Source: Candidatus Sigynarchaeum calidifontis
GTDB lineage: Archaea; Asgardarchaeota; Lokiarchaeia; Sigyniarchaeales; Sigyniarchaeaceae
Direction of reading: 5' to 3'
Assembly (NCBI GenBank): GCA_030587475.2
Contig: JAUQYZ020000005.1
Span: 1-28,269 of the forward strand
DNA length: 28,269 bases
Below are positions 26,998 to 28,269 of this stretch, one piece after another. Positions within the stretch are counted from its first letter, which is position 1, and each line of letters begins with the position of its first letter. The notes beneath the pieces were generated by a model. The model searched no databases. It was given only the letters and a program-made list of their open reading frames with translations, and was not told where the DNA came from. The translations under genes and the position numbers were made by a program.

Positions 26998-27039
26998 AGA
27001 TAAATTTATCTTCGTGTCCCACCATGGTACACTAGGTGG
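26998..27039 (+). promoter_or_regulatory. Putative promoter/operator of the TA operon
   Basis: Perfect 14-bp palindrome AGATAAATTTATCT (26998-27011) over a TATA-like element, then CCACC-N11-GGTGG (27019-27039) whose right arm is an SD-like GGTGG before GTG 27046. Confidence 0.55.
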
Positions 27040-27045
27040 TCCATC

Positions 27046-27279
27046 GTGAATGCCGAATCGCAAGTCGATGAAAAGGGGCGCGTTTGCATTCCCGCCGATT
27101 TAAGAAAAAAATTGAACATCACCACTGGCGAGAAGCTCTTCTTTCAATTGGACGAGGCGGGCCGGATCGTGTTGCGAAAACTCACGACTCCCGACGAGTT
27201 GAAGAAAAAGGCCAAGGAACTCAAGAAAATATTGAAAGAGGCCAGTGATTCACCCCTCCAACATGAAAAACTCTTTTAG
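27046..27279 (+). CDS. AbrB/MazE/SpoVT-family antitoxin
   Basis: SQVDEKGRVCIPADLRKKLNITTGEKLFF...GRIVLRK; directly upstream of a PIN gene. Confidence 0.9.
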   Translation: MNAESQVDEKGRVCIPADLRKKLNITTGEKLFFQLDEAGRIVLRKLTTPDELKKKAKELKKILKEASDSPLQHEKLF

Positions 27280-27288
27280 GGGATCTCC

Positions 27289-27762
27289 ATGCTGGTGGTT
27301 GACTCGCAGATCTGGATTTATTACTTGGATCCGAACGCGCCCGAAAACCGGCATGTCGAACCGTGGCTCGATGACGTCCTCGACCACGAGACCATCTTGC
27401 TTGCTGCAATCATCCCCATGGAAATCGCACACTGCCTGTTCGCCATAAAGGACGAAAAAACAAAGATCTTGAAAGAAAAGGCAAGCGATTTCATCGAGAA
27501 CCTCGTCCTCGCCGAAAATTGCGTGTTCGTGGATGTCGATCAACCACTCGTCATCGAAGCATTGCATCTACTTGAGGAATTGCGTGGCTTGGGTATCGGT
27601 GGTCGTGATACATTGATCATCGCTTCGATGCAGCGTCATGGAATCGATTGCATTGCCACCCATGACAAGAACATGCTAAAACTCACCCGATTCCGCCGGA
27701 TAGATCCAGCGGTCTCGCCCCCGCTGAACCTTGCGATTGGCGATGAATACGTTCCTGCTTGA
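27289..27762 (+). CDS. vapC: PIN-domain (VapC) toxin
   Basis: LVVDSQIWIY (Asp), MEIAH (Glu), GGRDTLIIAS (Asp), IATHDK (Asp); 9 bp after the antitoxin. Confidence 0.88.
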   Translation: MLVVDSQIWIYYLDPNAPENRHVEPWLDDVLDHETILLAAIIPMEIAHCLFAIKDEKTKILKEKASDFIENLVLAENCVFVDVDQPLVIEALHLLEELRGLGIGGRDTLIIASMQRHGIDCIATHDKNMLKLTRFRRIDPAVSPPLNLAIGDEYVPA

Positions 27763-27841
27763 ACCTGGCGATGTGCGAGCCAGTGATTTGCGGCACGCCC
27801 ACGCGACGAGCACGATCCGGGGAGGGATTTCCATGCGTGGT

Positions 27842-28269
27842 TCAGGAGCGATCGAAAAATCGATCGACGTCGATCACGACAAACCCGCGCCGCCCGCCGG
27901 TCGCGATCCATCGGCCGTCGGGCGACGTGGCGAGCACGCCTTCGGACCTGCCACTTCCTGGCACGACGAGCTTGGGCTTCACGTCGCCGGGCTTGCCCGG
28001 GTTTTCCAAGTTCCCGCGTGCATCGAGCACGTCCCGGATATCGATGCATTCGATCAACTCTCCCTCGTGAGCGATCGCCACGATGCTCGTGGCGCCCAGG
28101 AAGGCCGCACCTGTCGTGAGGGGAGACCACGTGCATTCCGGCTCCCGGCGCCAGTCGTAGCCGATGATGCCCACGGCGCCCCACTCCCCGCTCCCGTCCG
28201 GCACGCCCGCCGTCACGTCGTACAATCTCGCCCCCTCGGCCGCGCTGGTCACGAGCCAGCGGCCGTCGG
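27842..28269 (-). CDS. WD40-like beta-propeller protein, 5' truncated by the window edge
   Basis: The frame stays open to the window end, giving DGRWLVTSAAEGARLYDV and SPDGRWIATGGRRGFVVIDV, two WD40-like blades. Confidence 0.7.
   Translation of the reverse strand, partial: DGRWLVTSAAEGARLYDVTAGVPDGSGEWGAVGIIGYDWRREPECTWSPLTTGAAFLGATSIVAIAHEGELIECIDIRDVLDARGNLENPGKPGDVKPKLVVPGSGRSEGVLATSPDGRWIATGGRRGFVVIDVDRFFDRS

Overview
This is a gene-dense, fairly GC-rich chromosomal window that reads as Asgard archaeal (Lokiarchaeia-like; inferred from gene content). Several eukaryotic-signature genes are interleaved with housekeeping and cofactor genes. They are a stand-alone CHMP1/Vps46-like ESCRT-III, an actin-related protein with a ~105-aa Zn-ribbon insertion, and a degenerate Rab-like GTPase. 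The most striking is a membrane-anchored protein with two Vps22/Vps36 (EAP30, ESCRT-II)-like winged-helix modules joined by a ~200-aa proline-rich linker. A minus-strand cluster of three membrane/surface proteins includes a receptor-like caspase-fold (C14) protease with a CUB-like domain inserted between its catalytic His and Cys. Metabolic genes are mtd, cofD with an FbiB-C/FbiE-like nitroreductase (F420 synthesis), a lipS2-lplA-lipS1 lipoate cluster, a phosphohexomutase, type II map, maf and two crotonase-fold enzymes. The right end (after ~25.1 kb) looks accessory: a 4x19-bp tandem repeat, hypothetical ORFs, an AbrB-PIN toxin-antitoxin pair and a truncated WD40-like gene. No rRNA, tRNA, CRISPR array or transposase was recognised. 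All family calls come from motif recognition by eye, not database searches.
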